Source of the DNA: Ascoidea asiatica JCM 7603
Taxonomy: Eukaryota > Fungi > Ascomycota
Length of the DNA: 64,000 bases
Assembly (NCBI GenBank): GCA_001600695.1
Contig: BCKQ01000025.1
Location: forward strand, 20,343-84,342
Reading direction: 5' to 3'
Within the stretch, counting starts at the first letter, position 1; each line of letters opens with the position of its first letter. Below are positions 31,001 to 43,500 of this stretch, one piece after another. Below the pieces are notes generated by a model. It was not told where the DNA came from and searched no databases. It saw only the letters and a list, made by a program, of their open reading frames with translations. The position numbers were made by a program, and so were the translations under genes.

Positions 31001-31473
31001 GGGGGTAAAGGAGGTAAAGATGTTGAAATTGGAGTTTTAATAGCTGAAGGTAAAAAAGAAGGTTTAATTGGCTCATCTTCATCTTCTGAGAAATCTTCAG
31101 AAGAAAACCCATTATCGTCATCATCATCTTTATTATTATCATTACCATCTTTGGAATCATTGCTGGGAGCTTGTTTATTATCAATTGAATCAATTTTATT
31201 TTTTTTTTCAGATGGAGTAATTATTGATTTTGGTCTTTGAGGAATTGGTAAACTTGGTTTTTCAATTTTTGGTTCAATATATAATTCAACGAAGTTTTTT
31301 GGAAAGATACCTTCTTTTAATTGGCCATTTTCAATATAATTTCCACTATACCATTCATCATCTTCAATTGAAGTGATTGTGATGATTTGATTTGCATTAA
31401 ATACTAAATCATCATCATATTCAGAAGTATAATCATAAAGTGCTTTGACTTTAAAAGGTGGATTCAGAGCCAT
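28036..31473 (-). CDS. BBC1: SH3-domain actin patch protein Bbc1/Mti1
   Basis: N-terminal SH3 (ALYDY..WY.G..GIFPKNFV); KMSLRERIALLQ; ARKAALRERMAKLSGGMGM; C-terminal BBC1/AIM3 domain (DLKSGQICVYRV..VNW). Confidence 0.92.
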   Translation of the reverse strand: MALNPPFKVKALYDYTSEYDDDLVFNANQIITITSIEDDEWYSGNYIENGQLKEGIFPKNFVELYIEPKIEKPSLPIPQRPKSIITPSEKKNKIDSIDNKQAPSNDSKDGNDNNKDDDDDNGFSSEDFSEDEDEPIKPSFLPSAIKTPISTSLPPLPPTNTNTNTNTIKVEPESSKIPSIPTTQPKQNTKIESITSSEILSKKVNLPSSSLSSSQSSSKPLKPAKKNDFFNKIAAFNQSSAPVLPSFKPKEQSFVKKPIWATSSHSSYIPPSFSNSNSNQYQKQKQRTESFNSSNSTNTSASTPSPPISNNQTNDHEEEVDALPKMSLRERIALLQTRQKEEADREEALHQKKLEKKKLDKKKKKHVPIPGSDSSTIKSEGDSQETSNLENNPEALDSSNIISEDSPKSIKRSNTTESSFKSPSRQSTIPMIPIPLPVSEENDDNEIKESQKIKQDSIQVNESEDDSKSLSESEIRNDKNENEEEESESEEEEDSEEARKAALRERMAKLSGGMGMFGMMGMGASPFGAIPPKKSKKKSKKTQIEEENENEEQSELPKAVPILPFTNPTQLPPALSKHHTTPSNGDNESLNENPNKNIENDSKEISKESDDEKYLDSDLETFEETSENKNQLSENNDSISQDAFNMNALRENLPENDMIGKIGINDKKIKIPIMSEEDEQVETYEEDEYDETDKDFKRSVSPPKPPKRDSIISKTGLIGDLNQSTASGASFDESDHSFQARSKLIDQNLIGKRPNKLLPPPPPSSIPPIPIDNNIISEGEVTGYEADDDTEAIHVPSAPKNSPPKLPDSVPPLPKSIAPSLPLNSANSENLKNSPEIEDETTELRNIRRSSTSNSIIEPVSSRKSMDSVTSYRSERSYPRSSIDSYSLLDTNEDNNLPKNIEIDVEESSDWWLGKELPYSLMKRFGKDLIFEVEENELIKRGNRKFINRDYYILYDDYSQTILTLLFDSNNPQKSIIFSQIHIPTPTINEDLLDNTYNSFGKKVYQLAIKSIGSNITDDFVNSLLNQIPNILKPIGSTFGLLIYKNNSNSNIIKIGDFKPGDIITISKGKFNGHNKLHQKMVFNVGFEGKPFSAIVTEWDSKKEKFRTIEKSNGGKIKQSSYRPSDLKSGQICVYRVIGKNFVNW

Positions 31474-32127
31474 TGTATTTAGAATTGTTATTATTTGTAC
31501 CTTGGTTGTTATTTATTATTGATATTATAAAGGATAAATAAATATGAATATGAATAAGATTTAAATAGATTGATATGGAAGATAAAAAAAAATGATTGAA
31601 TTGTAAAAGGGAGTATGTGAGATTTATATGAATTGTAAAATACAATAAATCAAAAAGAAATAGACTTGTAATAAGAATTGTTAAGAATAGATCGTAAGAA
31701 CTTTAGGAAATAATTAAATAAATATCAAGAGTTAATAATTGGATAAATTGATGGATCAATGTTAGAAATAAAGGTATATTCTCATAATTTTACCATTGAG
31801 ATCTCAGGAATCCAAGACCTTTATTTTATTTTGGGCTTGAGATAGACTTCTGACCTCAGAGTTAACTGAAGACTGCTGACAGAAATCAGAATTAACAACA
31901 AGACGTTATGGCAGCGGTGGAAGTGATCTCATTCTCCTGTCACGGAGCGGTGCCACGCCGTTGGAGTCAAAATGGTCACGTTTGTTTTTGGTAAAAATTA
32001 AAAAAATAAAGAATATCCACAAATATGGAGTCGGTTACATAACATCCCCACAAAATTTAAAGAGCACCATTAAACTGGTCTCGATTATAATTATTTGATT
32101 TCAGGTACAAACTTTTTATTTATTTCA

Positions 32128-33897
32128 TTATTTAATATTTTTCAATAAATTTCTTTGTTTTTTCAATGCATTTAACCATTCAAAATTGCTTATAATTACA
32201 TTCTTAGGATCTTTTTGTAATTCATTTAATAAGAAACTAGTAAATTCACCTCCAATTCTACTCAAACTTTGAGAACAATAAACAATTTGTAATAATAATG
32301 AATCTCTGATTGATTTTTCATTAATTTTATTAAAATTTTCTTTTAAAATAATTATTAAATAACTTAAAATATTTTTAATAAATCCAAAAAATAATTGATC
32401 ATTATCTGAGTATAATAATAATTTATCAATTTTATTATTAGTTTCATTAATTTCTTCATTTTCTGTTGGAAAAATTGTTTGAAATGTCATTATTGAAGAA
32501 TAGCAATATTCTCTAATAACTTCAATTGATCTCTTGATATATTTTTCAATTGAATGATTTTTTAAAGGTATTAAAACTTCTAATTCATTGATAATAAATT
32601 GATATCTTGATTGTAAATATATTCTTTTTAAACATTTATTTAATAAAATTTCTGAATATTTCAGATTATCCAAACTTTCTAAATTATCTGAATTTTCATA
32701 TTTATTATCTTCAAAATTTTCAAGTTTATAATTACTAATACTATCATCATTATTATTATTATTAATATTATTAGATTTATTTAAATTTTCAAAAGGTTGA
32801 ATTTTTTTTAAATATGAAATAATTTTAATAATAGTTGATTGTTTTAAATCTGTTTTTAATAAAGAAATTAAATTTATTAACATTTCACTAATTTCATTAT
32901 TTATACCATTTAAAATTTTATTAATAATTTCAATATCTGGATATTTTAATTTCAATTTTTTAATATATGAATTAATTTCTAAAGATTCTGAATAATAACC
33001 TGATTTCACACAAATATTAACTAATGTTGGTAATTCTAAAATATCCATAATTTCATCAATATTTTTTAATAATAAATTTATATTTTTTTTATTTATTGTT
33101 GATAATTTTGAATTATTATTTATATTTTCAATCTCTTCACTATTCTTATTATTATTATTCTCAGTAAAGTCTTCTTTGTCATTTTGTAAGTCAATTTGTA
33201 AATCATTTTGTAAATCTAAATCATTTTGATATTCATAATCATAATCATAATCATTATTATTTTCATTTCCAAATTCATTTGGATTTAATTTATTTATAAT
33301 TTTTTTTAAATTAATGATTGAAATATTTAAATCTTCATTTTTATTAAAATTTTTATCAATTTTATTCAATTGTTTTAAAAAATCATTATTATATTCATCA
33401 ATTAAATTAATTAATTGAAATCTTGAATTAATAATTAAATCTTTTGAATTTGAAATATATGATTTTAATTTATTATCAATAATTCTTTGAGATGAATCTA
33501 ATTCTGCTATTTCTTCAATTATTGAACTTATTTTATTTTCATTATTTATATCATTATTTAATGTATTCTTTTCATCTTTGTTGTTATTATTATCATTTGA
33601 TAAAGTTATTGAATTTCTTGAATTTGAAACTGTTGATGTTGGCATTGGCGGTAAAGCAGATGATGATAAAATATCATCATTATTGTTATTAATCAAATCA
33701 TTTAAATAGTTCAATGCAAAGTTTTTATTCTCTTCATTATTTTCAATTAATAATCTAATCTTTTCTGGTAAATTAACTGATAAAGTATCTAATAAAAGCT
33801 GAACATTAGATGTATCTACATTTAAATCTTCTTCAAGATCCTGATTTTCATTACTGGGTATTAAATCCAGATAATTTGATTCTTCAATTATTGACAT
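32128..33897 (-). CDS. COG8: Conserved oligomeric Golgi complex subunit 8 (Dor1)
   Basis: IMDILELPTLVNICVKSGYYSESLE, YIKRSIEVIREY, SLLLQIVYCSQSLSRIGGEF. Confidence 0.93.
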   Translation of the reverse strand: MSIIEESNYLDLIPSNENQDLEEDLNVDTSNVQLLLDTLSVNLPEKIRLLIENNEENKNFALNYLNDLINNNNDDILSSSALPPMPTSTVSNSRNSITLSNDNNNNKDEKNTLNNDINNENKISSIIEEIAELDSSQRIIDNKLKSYISNSKDLIINSRFQLINLIDEYNNDFLKQLNKIDKNFNKNEDLNISIINLKKIINKLNPNEFGNENNNDYDYDYEYQNDLDLQNDLQIDLQNDKEDFTENNNNKNSEEIENINNNSKLSTINKKNINLLLKNIDEIMDILELPTLVNICVKSGYYSESLEINSYIKKLKLKYPDIEIINKILNGINNEISEMLINLISLLKTDLKQSTIIKIISYLKKIQPFENLNKSNNINNNNNDDSISNYKLENFEDNKYENSDNLESLDNLKYSEILLNKCLKRIYLQSRYQFIINELEVLIPLKNHSIEKYIKRSIEVIREYCYSSIMTFQTIFPTENEEINETNNKIDKLLLYSDNDQLFFGFIKNILSYLIIILKENFNKINEKSIRDSLLLQIVYCSQSLSRIGGEFTSFLLNELQKDPKNVIISNFEWLNALKKQRNLLKNIK

Positions 33898-34225
33898 TTT
33901 CTATTTATATTCTGGTATATTTTCTCTTCTTCTTCTTCTATTATATCATCTTCCTTTTCTTCTTTATCTTTATTCATTGTCATTATAAATTCAAATTCAA
34001 CAACAACAGCTCAAATCTCTGAAAAACAATTACGTAATACAAACAGCTTCTTTTACTCAGCCGCGTGTTAGGAGCTTGTGTCTAAAAACAGAATGTGTGG
34101 CTAGAGTTTAATATTTGTTTATTTTTTAGATCTTTTTTGATTAATTTCAATGTTTATTTTACTTATTTGATTATATTTGGTTAATTGAATCAAAGTAATT
34201 CAAATTCAAAAGTCAATAGCTTCAT

Positions 34226-35299
34226 ATGGATCCTTCAAGTGATTTATTAATATCTTTAGGTTTAAGATCTGATCCAGATTATGAAAGAGATTATGAAAAA
34301 AAAATAAATTCAAAAATCTCAGATTATGAAGAATCAAATAATGAATTAACTAATGAAATAATTGAATTAGATAAGCAAAATTTAGAATTGATTAATCAAA
34401 TCAAATCAAATAAAGAAAATCATTCAAATTTAGATACTTTATCATTATGTTTCAAAGAAATCTTTTCAAATAGTGTTGAAATTTCAAATAATAATACAAG
34501 AGAAAAAAGGCATCAAAAATTAAATAAAATTTTAAAAGAAAAAAAAATTATAAAAAATTTAAATATTGAAAATATTTATAGATTTTTTGGAATTTCATTT
34601 TTTCCAATTCAAGATCAAATTAATTTTAATAATGAAAGTTTCATTGGTATAAGATTTGATTATTTTAATAAATTTAGTAAAAACTTTGATGTGCCAAATT
34701 ATATAATTCTAAAAAAATTAAATAATATTAAAAATGAAAAAATTATTCAAACAAAAGAGTTTTTAGAAATTAATAATGAAAATAATGAAGAAAAAGAAGA
34801 AGAGAATAATGAAGATAATTATGTTTGGGAAATTCATAAACATACAATACCAAATTTTATAAATTTAAATGAATTATTAATTAAATTTAAGTATAACTTG
34901 ATAAAATTCTCAAAAAATATATTCAAATTACTAAATCATTTAAATGAAAGAAAATTAATATTTAATATTAAAAAACTTAAAATAGCTGAAAATAATGATA
35001 ATAATGATAATTATTTGAGAATAATTGAAAAGAATTTATCATTTACAAAAATTTTATTAAATTTAAATTATAATTATAATTTACAAATTTTAATTAATTA
35101 TTTAAATAGAATAGAAAATGTTTTATTAATTGAAATTGAAGATAATAACAAACTCAATAAAATTTATGATAATGAAAACAATAAAGGATATTTATCAAAA
35201 GAAGAAAAATTACATTGCCAACAAATTTTAAAAAATGATTTAAGTCAATTAACTAATAACTTAAATCGCGTTTTAAATATAATTAACAAAAATAACTAA
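34226..35299 (+). CDS. MCM21: Kinetochore COMA subunit Mcm21/CENP-O
   Basis: N-terminal coiled coil; ENIYRFFGISFFPIQD, IGIRFD..F..P.YIILKK, WEIHKHTIPNFINL. Confidence 0.88.
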   Translation: MDPSSDLLISLGLRSDPDYERDYEKKINSKISDYEESNNELTNEIIELDKQNLELINQIKSNKENHSNLDTLSLCFKEIFSNSVEISNNNTREKRHQKLNKILKEKKIIKNLNIENIYRFFGISFFPIQDQINFNNESFIGIRFDYFNKFSKNFDVPNYIILKKLNNIKNEKIIQTKEFLEINNENNEEKEEENNEDNYVWEIHKHTIPNFINLNELLIKFKYNLIKFSKNIFKLLNHLNERKLIFNIKKLKIAENNDNNDNYLRIIEKNLSFTKILLNLNYNYNLQILINYLNRIENVLLIEIEDNNKLNKIYDNENNKGYLSKEEKLHCQQILKNDLSQLTNNLNRVLNIINKNN

Positions 35300-35998
35300 T
35301 TAATAAAACAAAAATAGAGTTATTCTTTTTTTTTTAAAAAATGAATTTGAATAAATAACAAAAAGGATTTGCTTTATAAGATAATCTTGGAAATATGTCC
35401 ATGAGTAATGAAAGTTACATTAAATAAGTAAAAAAATATTTTAAGTAAGAACCTGTTTTTTTTTTAAATTTTAGTTATATTCTTGAAAACTTACTTCAAT
35501 CCTTTCAAGTAACTTTATTTCAATGGTGATTCTATTAAAATTTTCAATTAATGGTGAAAGATACAAACTCATAATTTGATTTTTCTTTCTTCAAAGTAGA
35601 AAAACTATTCATCTAAAATTCAGTTTATTCTCAATTCTAATCTATTTCTAGGTCTGCGTTAGTTGGCATAATTTAGAAATATGAATTAAACCAGAACTGT
35701 GGGAGATTCCATTTTTCTGATCGAAACCACTTTCACGGGTTCAAAGCGAGCAAAAACTTTAAATTTGATTGTTGACATTTTAATTAAACAAATCTAAACT
35801 TTTTAAATCTTAGAAAAATCTTTTTGAAATTAAATAATCAAATTAATTACTATTTGTCCATTTTCTCAAAAAATCATACCTTTATTTTCTTCAAATAAAA
35901 GAGCGTGAGGCAAATTTTTAGATTCAGTTTGAAGTTTGGAAATTAATCCAAAATATAATTGCTAAAAAGCTTCTATTAAGTTGTAATGATTAGATTTT

Positions 35999-37500
35999 AT
36001 GTTAAGAATTTTAAAAGGAATATTGCTATTAGGTAGGAATTTACTTGTTATTCCTGAATTTTACAAAATTAAAGTAAATGATGGTAATAAAAACTCCAAT
36101 TTTTCAAGTAAATTGAATTTTAGAAAATTCAAAATATTAGTTTTTGAAAAGCTCTTCAAATATTGGAAAATCTTGAGAAATTATCAAAAAAAATAAAAAC
36201 TAGATTACCAATAACTTTTTTTTCATATATTGAATATTTTATCAGGCGAATTTTATTTCTCAAATATGGACACAACTGCTTGTCGATTAAATGAAATACA
36301 AACAAAAACAGAAACAAATAGTATTCTTTATGAAAAAAGTATGCGAGATTTTTATTTTTTATTATTACATTATTCCCAAATATTTAAAGATTTAGCATTT
36401 TCATCTAAATTTTCAATTTACCTGACCAATTTTTTAGCCGATATTATGATAAACAATACAAAATAAGCTATAAACGAGTCAAGATTTAAGACAAATCAAT
36501 TTTTATATAAAAAAAATAAGTTGGAAGATGAGAAAAATGGAATACTCTTGATAAGTTTTTTAACTCTTAAGTTTAGAAAATATGAAGATAAAATGATTGA
36601 AAATGATGATGAAAATGATATAAACATTAAAAAATTTGAAGAAATTTCAGTAATTTTATTTGAAATTTTCAACAAAGTGAAAATTTGTGGGAATTTGACA
36701 AACTTTTTCATTAAAAAAAGTTATAGAAACAGAAGAAATTTCAATTTATTTATTCAAAATAATACAGTTGATAATTGGTTTCCATTTGAACAAAGAATTT
36801 TGCAGACTATGATTCAATAATGCTATTAACTTTTTTATATGATTCACTAAAGGATTGTGAAAAAATACTACCAAAATTTTTCTCCAAAGAAGACAAAAAT
36901 CAAAGTAAAAATGGCTTATCAGTATTTTATGAAAAAGTTAAAAAGATATTAAAATAAGAATATTTAATATTTCAAATGGCAAAATCAAACCATTATTCAA
37001 AATATCTGAACGAGAAATTGAAGATATTCAGGATAAATTAGCCCTAAAAAGTATAGAAGAAAAATTCACCAAGCATTTAAATCATGATTTTGGAAGTATA
37101 AAAAGCTTCATTATTGAAATAGTTTCATCTTTAGTTTATGATAATTTCAGAAATCAAGAAGTTATAAACGAAAAATACTTGTTAGATAATTGAATATTTG
37201 ACAAGTTAAATCCTTTCATTAAAGAATGAATAATTGTTTGTTTAACATTTTCGTAGACAAGCAATTCTAAAAACCAAGAATTCATCAAACAGATTTAACC
37301 TCAGAATATTGAAAAGTATTATCAAAATAGTAATCTCATTATGTTATCCAAAAGCAGTGTAGGATAATGTAAAGTTACAGTCTGTAAGATTAAAGGAATT
37401 AAGCTAAATTCAAATATAAAATTAGAGTGACCAATTAGTTATCTGGGGGAATAGAATTTTATTCATTAAAAAAGACCTAAAATTGATTAAAATTAATGGC
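35999..37500 (+). pseudogene. Probable decayed coding sequence of unknown origin (3' end approximate)
   Basis: ORFs 35999-36196, 36230-36466 and 36521-36820 are all in the same frame, separated by only three TAA codons. Purine-rich, codon-like sequence continues with frameshifts. Confidence 0.4.
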
Positions 37501-40031
37501 GAATTTGTTGAATCAAAGGACTCCGAATAAGGTTGTGACAAAAGTTATCTTTACTTTAACATAATTTTTTTTTTTAAATCAAATAAGTTCTCTATTTCAT
37601 ATTTGTTAATAGGCTTAAACTATTTAAAATTAATACCCGAAATTTTACTTATTAAGTGAATTAAATATCAATTTGTAAGTTTTTTACAAGAATATCGACA
37701 TGCGGAAATAGATTAACTTCAACTTAAAAGACATAAAGTAATTTTAAATTCGGTTTATTTATCTGATTTTATACAGATTTATTAAAAATTTACTTTAATA
37801 CCCTCTTTAGTTCCATCGGAGTTTCTAGGTAGTTGTTTGCAAGGTAAAAAAGTTAAAGTTTTTACAAAAAATGAATAAAAGTGTTATTTAGTTGGTTGAT
37901 AATGGTTTTTTTATGAGAATAAAATTGACATAATTAATTACTCAAACACCCAATTCTCTTTAATGAAATCAAAAAATATAAATATCAGTAACGTTAACCG
38001 TTGCTTCTTCTTTTTATTTATATTTATTTTCTTATTTTTAAAGGAATATTATTTTTAATTTCTATGTAATATTTATTGTTTTCGAATCTTGTATATCTCG
38101 TATCCTACCATCATTACCTGTAGGACTCTAAAAACACTACGTAATGATTATTATACACCCATGAAAACAGGATTATTTTACTGTAAATAGAAGCTTCTCT
38201 GTAATTGGGAACTATCCGGATTGTATCAACAAAAATTTAAATTCTTAAATTAAAATCCGGTGTATGGAGTTTCCAATCCGCCATAAAACTAAATCCTGGC
38301 AGCTTTCAAAAATTGACAAACACGGATTTATTCCGAGCAGGTAAGGTTCAATTAATTTATCGGGAAATAAAAAAGTTCGTCAATATTTCTACAGGTCCCT
38401 CGAGAGTTTTTCAAGTGTTCGTTAAGATTCCACCGAATATGTCGGGACGTTTATTTTAAATGTAGGCCACTGTTTTAATAAGCAGACCTGGTGGATCTCA
38501 GGTTTGGTTTGCAATATACGATTTTGCGAGGCCCGAACTAGGTTTCGTTACTGATTGTAAGGTTAGTATTATGCGTTTAAGAGTCTAGTGTTTGGGATGA
38601 TATTCTCCCGCTAAGCCAATTAACGTTGTGTTTCGCTTCATAAATAATTTTAATTCTTTGCAGAAAAAGTGGTATCATTTTTCAAGAAAATAAACATGGA
38701 AAAAATATTAATATTTTATAATTTTTATAATATTTATGATTTTTTTCTATGATTAACATAAACAAAATTACTCGAAAGCTCTTACTTTTTGTGTTTTTTC
38801 AAAGAATTGGTTAAAGAAATCTCTCCATAATATCTTCAAAAAAATTTTGCTTCAATTGTTATCAAGGTACAGTAATGACACCAATTCCGGTTTTTATTAT
38901 GGTTTTAATATATTAGAGTTTTATAGTAATAATGATTTTCTAATATGACAATAAACAATGAATGATATATTAATATTTAAATTATCTTTTGTTAATCTTT
39001 AGCAACCTACAGCCTGTAACTGAGTTATAATTATGATTTGGGTGAAGAAAAATTAATTTAATATCAGTATTAATAGGTAAATTTACATTTGATATGATAA
39101 AAGATTATTGAAATTTAAAATTTACCATATTTTATAAAATTTCCTAATTATCAGTTTCATTTAATTTCTTTTATTTCAATATTATTCTCTTAAGAAACCA
39201 ATTCAAACTGTCATTTTCAGCTGGTTAATAAATAATTTAAAAAAAGTATCTAAATATCGATATCGGTTTCAAATATTTTCTTAATATTGAAAGATATAAA
39301 TAATTAAACAAATAAATATAAGCTACATCAAACTCTTGAATTCTTAAATCTTTAAATTCTTAAATTCCAATAAATAAACTTCTCAAGTCATAATCTGTGA
39401 TATTGATGATTAATTAAAATTTAAAAACAAATTCTGGTGCAGGTTACTTTTTTGTCTCTTTTAAATATTAATATTACAATTTCCATTTGATTTTAATCAT
39501 TAATCAATTATTAATCCAAGTAAATCAATATTAAAATAACTTATTGATACAGTGTGCACATTTATAATTTTTCCCATTTGAAAATTTTTATCCTTACAAG
39601 AAAAACTTCAGTTAAATCTCTAAGAAAATAAATAAAATAGATTTGAAATCAATCTTTCAAATTTTTTTTGAACTCTTTGAACTCCTTTAAATCTTAGAGA
39701 AAGTTTTCATTTCAAATATTCAAGATTCTAAGATTTGGTATTAATTTACTTTTTTTTAAAGGGGTCATTTTAACACATAATTCATAAATTATAAAAAATC
39801 ACACCAGTTCAATATTATTTTGTTTTAAATTTTCTAAATTTAATAAGAGTGTAGTATATAATCTATCATCTACCAATTGCTATTTATAAACTGTCATTTA
39901 TAATATATTATTTAATGATATAAATTCAAAGAAATCACTAAGTTTTAGCTTCTTTAATTTTTTCAATTTAATATCAATTATATTATACTATACTATATAT
40001 CTTATATTATACAATATAATAATATAATAAA

Positions 40032-40505
40032 ATGGCATTACATAATTATATATATTCTAAACATCATGATGATATTATTGATAAAATTGCAAGACCAAAT
40101 GATTATAGACCAAAATTAAAAAAAAAGACAATTGAAGATAATTTTAAAAATGAAATTAGATTAAATAAAATTAGAATTAGAAATGAAGAAAGAAATAGAT
40201 TATTAAATGAATCATTTAATAAAGAAAGAAGAAAAAAACTTGAAAAAAATCAATCAATCAATCAAAATGGAACTCAAAATAATATTATGAATAATAATAA
40301 TAATAATAAGAATAATATTTATAATAATGATAATAGGAATAATGAATTTACTAAGTTTAATAAATTAGGAGATATGAAAAATATTGAAATTAATAATAGA
40401 AATGGAAATGGAAATGGAAATGGAAATATTGTTGAAAATGTTGATTATAATGAAAGTGGAAATGAAAATGGAAATTGTAAATTTAATTGTAAATATACTA
40501 GTTGA
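40032..40505 (+). CDS. Hypothetical 157-aa protein (basic N-terminal half, Asn-rich tail)
   Basis: AAAATGG start context, genome-typical codon usage and AAT repeats; no recognised family. Confidence 0.65.
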   Translation: MALHNYIYSKHHDDIIDKIARPNDYRPKLKKKTIEDNFKNEIRLNKIRIRNEERNRLLNESFNKERRKKLEKNQSINQNGTQNNIMNNNNNNKNNIYNNDNRNNEFTKFNKLGDMKNIEINNRNGNGNGNGNIVENVDYNESGNENGNCKFNCKYTS

Positions 40506-43500
40506 CCTATAATAAGAAATTATCAATTATTATTAATCACTACTAATCACTATTAATTACTTTTATCCTGTATTAAATTTCATAATTATTTTCTGCTAAA
40601 ATTTCACTCTTTAATTTTTCATTTTTAATGTTTTTAAATGCTTCATCATTTCAAAAAAAAAAGTCTTCCTATTTATTATATTTCATATTTAATTTTACAT
40701 TTCATAGTTCATGAATTTTCTTTTATTTTTATTTATTTATTAATTTATTTTTATTTATTTATTTATTTTTATCCTTATTTATCTTTATTTAACTAATTAT
40801 GTTATTTTCTTTAATATTTTCTCATTTCTGTTTAAATTGATGATATATGAACGTCCTGCTTTATTTATATTTCTTTTATTTGTTTTTATCAAAAAATCAT
40901 TGTGACTTATTTTGTGTTTGATTAATTTCTGATATTATATTCTATTAACCTGCGAAATGTGTCCTACCAAATCTCTTACGATTACTTGGAACTTTTTGTA
41001 CTAATATTGAAGGGTTGTTTTAGAAAAGTTTGTTTATTATTTCACGTGATACAATATTCCAATAAATTATGTTCATTAAGTTAATCTTATGTCTTCCAAA
41101 CCGAATTTTTAACGGAACACATTTCATGGATTAACAGCTATTTATTGTCCTAAAAACAAGCATTTATTTTTATTGCATATTGTTTACTTTGAAACCTATT
41201 TTAAGGCAATCCTTAAAAGTGGCGACAGAAAAATTTCATGAAAAGAAAAAAAAAATTTAAAATGGGTTTTCTAAAATTTGCATTCTAAAAAAGACTTTCA
41301 ATATTAAACAACAAGTTTTCATCGACAATTCTTAAACAATAAAGAAAAATAAGTATCGAATTAGTGTTACAAATATAAGAATCAAATTCAAGATCAAATT
41401 AAAAAGTAATAATATGATTTATAATATATTTAAATGTTAATGTCATTTGACACTCATTTTTCAAAGATAGTTTGATTAACTGCAAAAACTGCAAATTAAA
41501 AAGGTTTTCTCCAAATAAGCTCTAATAAACAAATTCATGATTTTTCTATCCAACAATTATCACAAAGCATAATATTATAAATTTAAAAACAATAAAATTA
41601 TACTTGTACTGTCTATATGATGTTGGACTTGATTAAAAAAAAGAATTAGAAAAGTATCTAAAAGTAAGAAAGAGAAGAAGTCTTAAATAGTTGGATTTTT
41701 CAACAATCAAATCAAGTTACCCAGTCCTTAGTAAAAATTAGTTAAAACTAGGTCAATTAACATATCATGTGATATTAAGTAATTGAAGATATTTACTTTA
41801 CGTAAGTGAAGTGAAATTGTTAAACATGAAACACGTCAGTGTATCGAAATCTGAAATCGCATTGTAAGAGAATATTTCAAACCACATCCATGGAACTGAA
41901 ACTGCAATAGAGGCGTTCAACGCGTACATTTTTTAGTCGAGTGGCAATTGTCCTTTTTAACGAACAACGAACTAACATCAAGTCAGGTGATAATCAAATA
42001 AAACTAAAATGTTCCGTGATCTAGTTACGGAACAGAAATCTTATGTCCGCATATAGTTCCGTTTTAGAATCCGTATCTGAATTTTCCTCATCCGATTAAT
42101 TCCACTGTAAGCGTTTTCCTGATAGCTCGATTTACGTTGACACGGAAATAATGGTAAGCAAAGCGATTCTTATTCTGGATTCCTGAATTATGCACATTCT
42201 GTTAACAAAAGAAATAAAAAGCTTTCTCTGCAAGTTACTAAAAAAGCAGCAAATCAAAGTTTATTATTTAAAGGACTGGCTGACTGGTTTTGTTGACTGG
42301 CTGAATTTTGACGGTTCAATTTTTGCCGTTGCTTGTGAGATTTTCATTGTACAGTAATCGGTTACGTTGAAATTACAAAAAAATTGAAAAAAAAAACAAA
42401 ATAAAAATGTCCCTCTTTCTTAGCTGAATACTAATTATATTGATTTTTTACCTCTTTGGATAGAATGTTCTGATAATAAAGGTATCTGCTACCGATTTTT
42501 TTCTATCGTATTGTATCAAACAATGCAAAAGTAATATAAATTCACCAACTTGGAATGGTTTAACTCAGTCCGAGCCTTGTATCAGTCTCAGTCTCAGCTA
42601 AATTCTGATTAGGCGAGTGTTCAAATCTAAGACCTCTGAAAACAACAGGTATTCCATATCCCAATAGAGAAGGGGTTTGAACTTCGAACACCGATCGGTG
42701 CCAAATTATGAGGTAAGTAAGAAAAAAAGGCGGGTAACACGGGTGCCGGGTTTATAGGAATTTAGCGATATCCGATAAATCCATATTGTTTTCGCAGAAG
42801 TTTCTATTGGCTTCCATTGATGTGGAACCTCAAAACTGGATGATAGCAGCAGTTGCCCTGGTTCAAAACAGATGAAAACCGATTTCAACATGTGTAAACA
42901 GGAAATACAAAAAATTCAATCGGCACAGGCCAAATCGAGATCCAAGTCAGTTCCGGAAATCCCTGGTAGTCCGTGTAGCAGAGGTGTAGTGTGCTTTTTG
43001 TATTTCTAATAATTTTACCTCCAACAGTTGAGTTAACAGTACCGCAGTGAGTGAATGAATGAATGAATGAATGAATGAATGAAATGCCCTTAGTAAATTG
43101 TTAAAACTGAAGTAATTGAAACAGTTGAGGCTAGCAAATTAATATTCATCCGTTTTATTATTATTTTTTTATTTTTTTTATTATTAACATTATTAATATT
43201 CCTCTGACTATTTCTTTATTATTTAGGAGTTCTTTAATAAATAATTTATTAAACCACCAATTATTACTATCAGTATTCTTAAAGCATTTCTTTTATTTCA
43301 TTATCCAATTATTTTTTAATTACGTATTCAAAATTACTTTTATTATCACTTATCCATTAAAAACTTCCAAATTCAACTAAAAATTTTAGATAAAACCATT
43401 AAATTTATTAAATTTTCTAAATCTATTATAAATCTACTAACATTTATCACTTCAAAAGGTCACTTAAAACAACTTAGATCATTTCTTATTTCTTTCTTTT

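Noticed and set aside
38425-38445. ATTCGGTGGAA (minus strand) resembling RNase P RNA CR-I
   Set aside because: Lacks the GGAA prefix, and no matching CR-V/P4 partner was found.
35300-40030. Possible centromere in the gene-poor AT-rich gap next to MCM21
   Set aside because: No CDEI-II-III arrangement, inverted repeats or LTR cluster seen; cannot be supported from sequence.
40838-40932. TGATGA...CTGA possible C/D snoRNA
   Set aside because: No convincing rRNA-complementary guide or internal boxes; expected by chance in AT-rich DNA.
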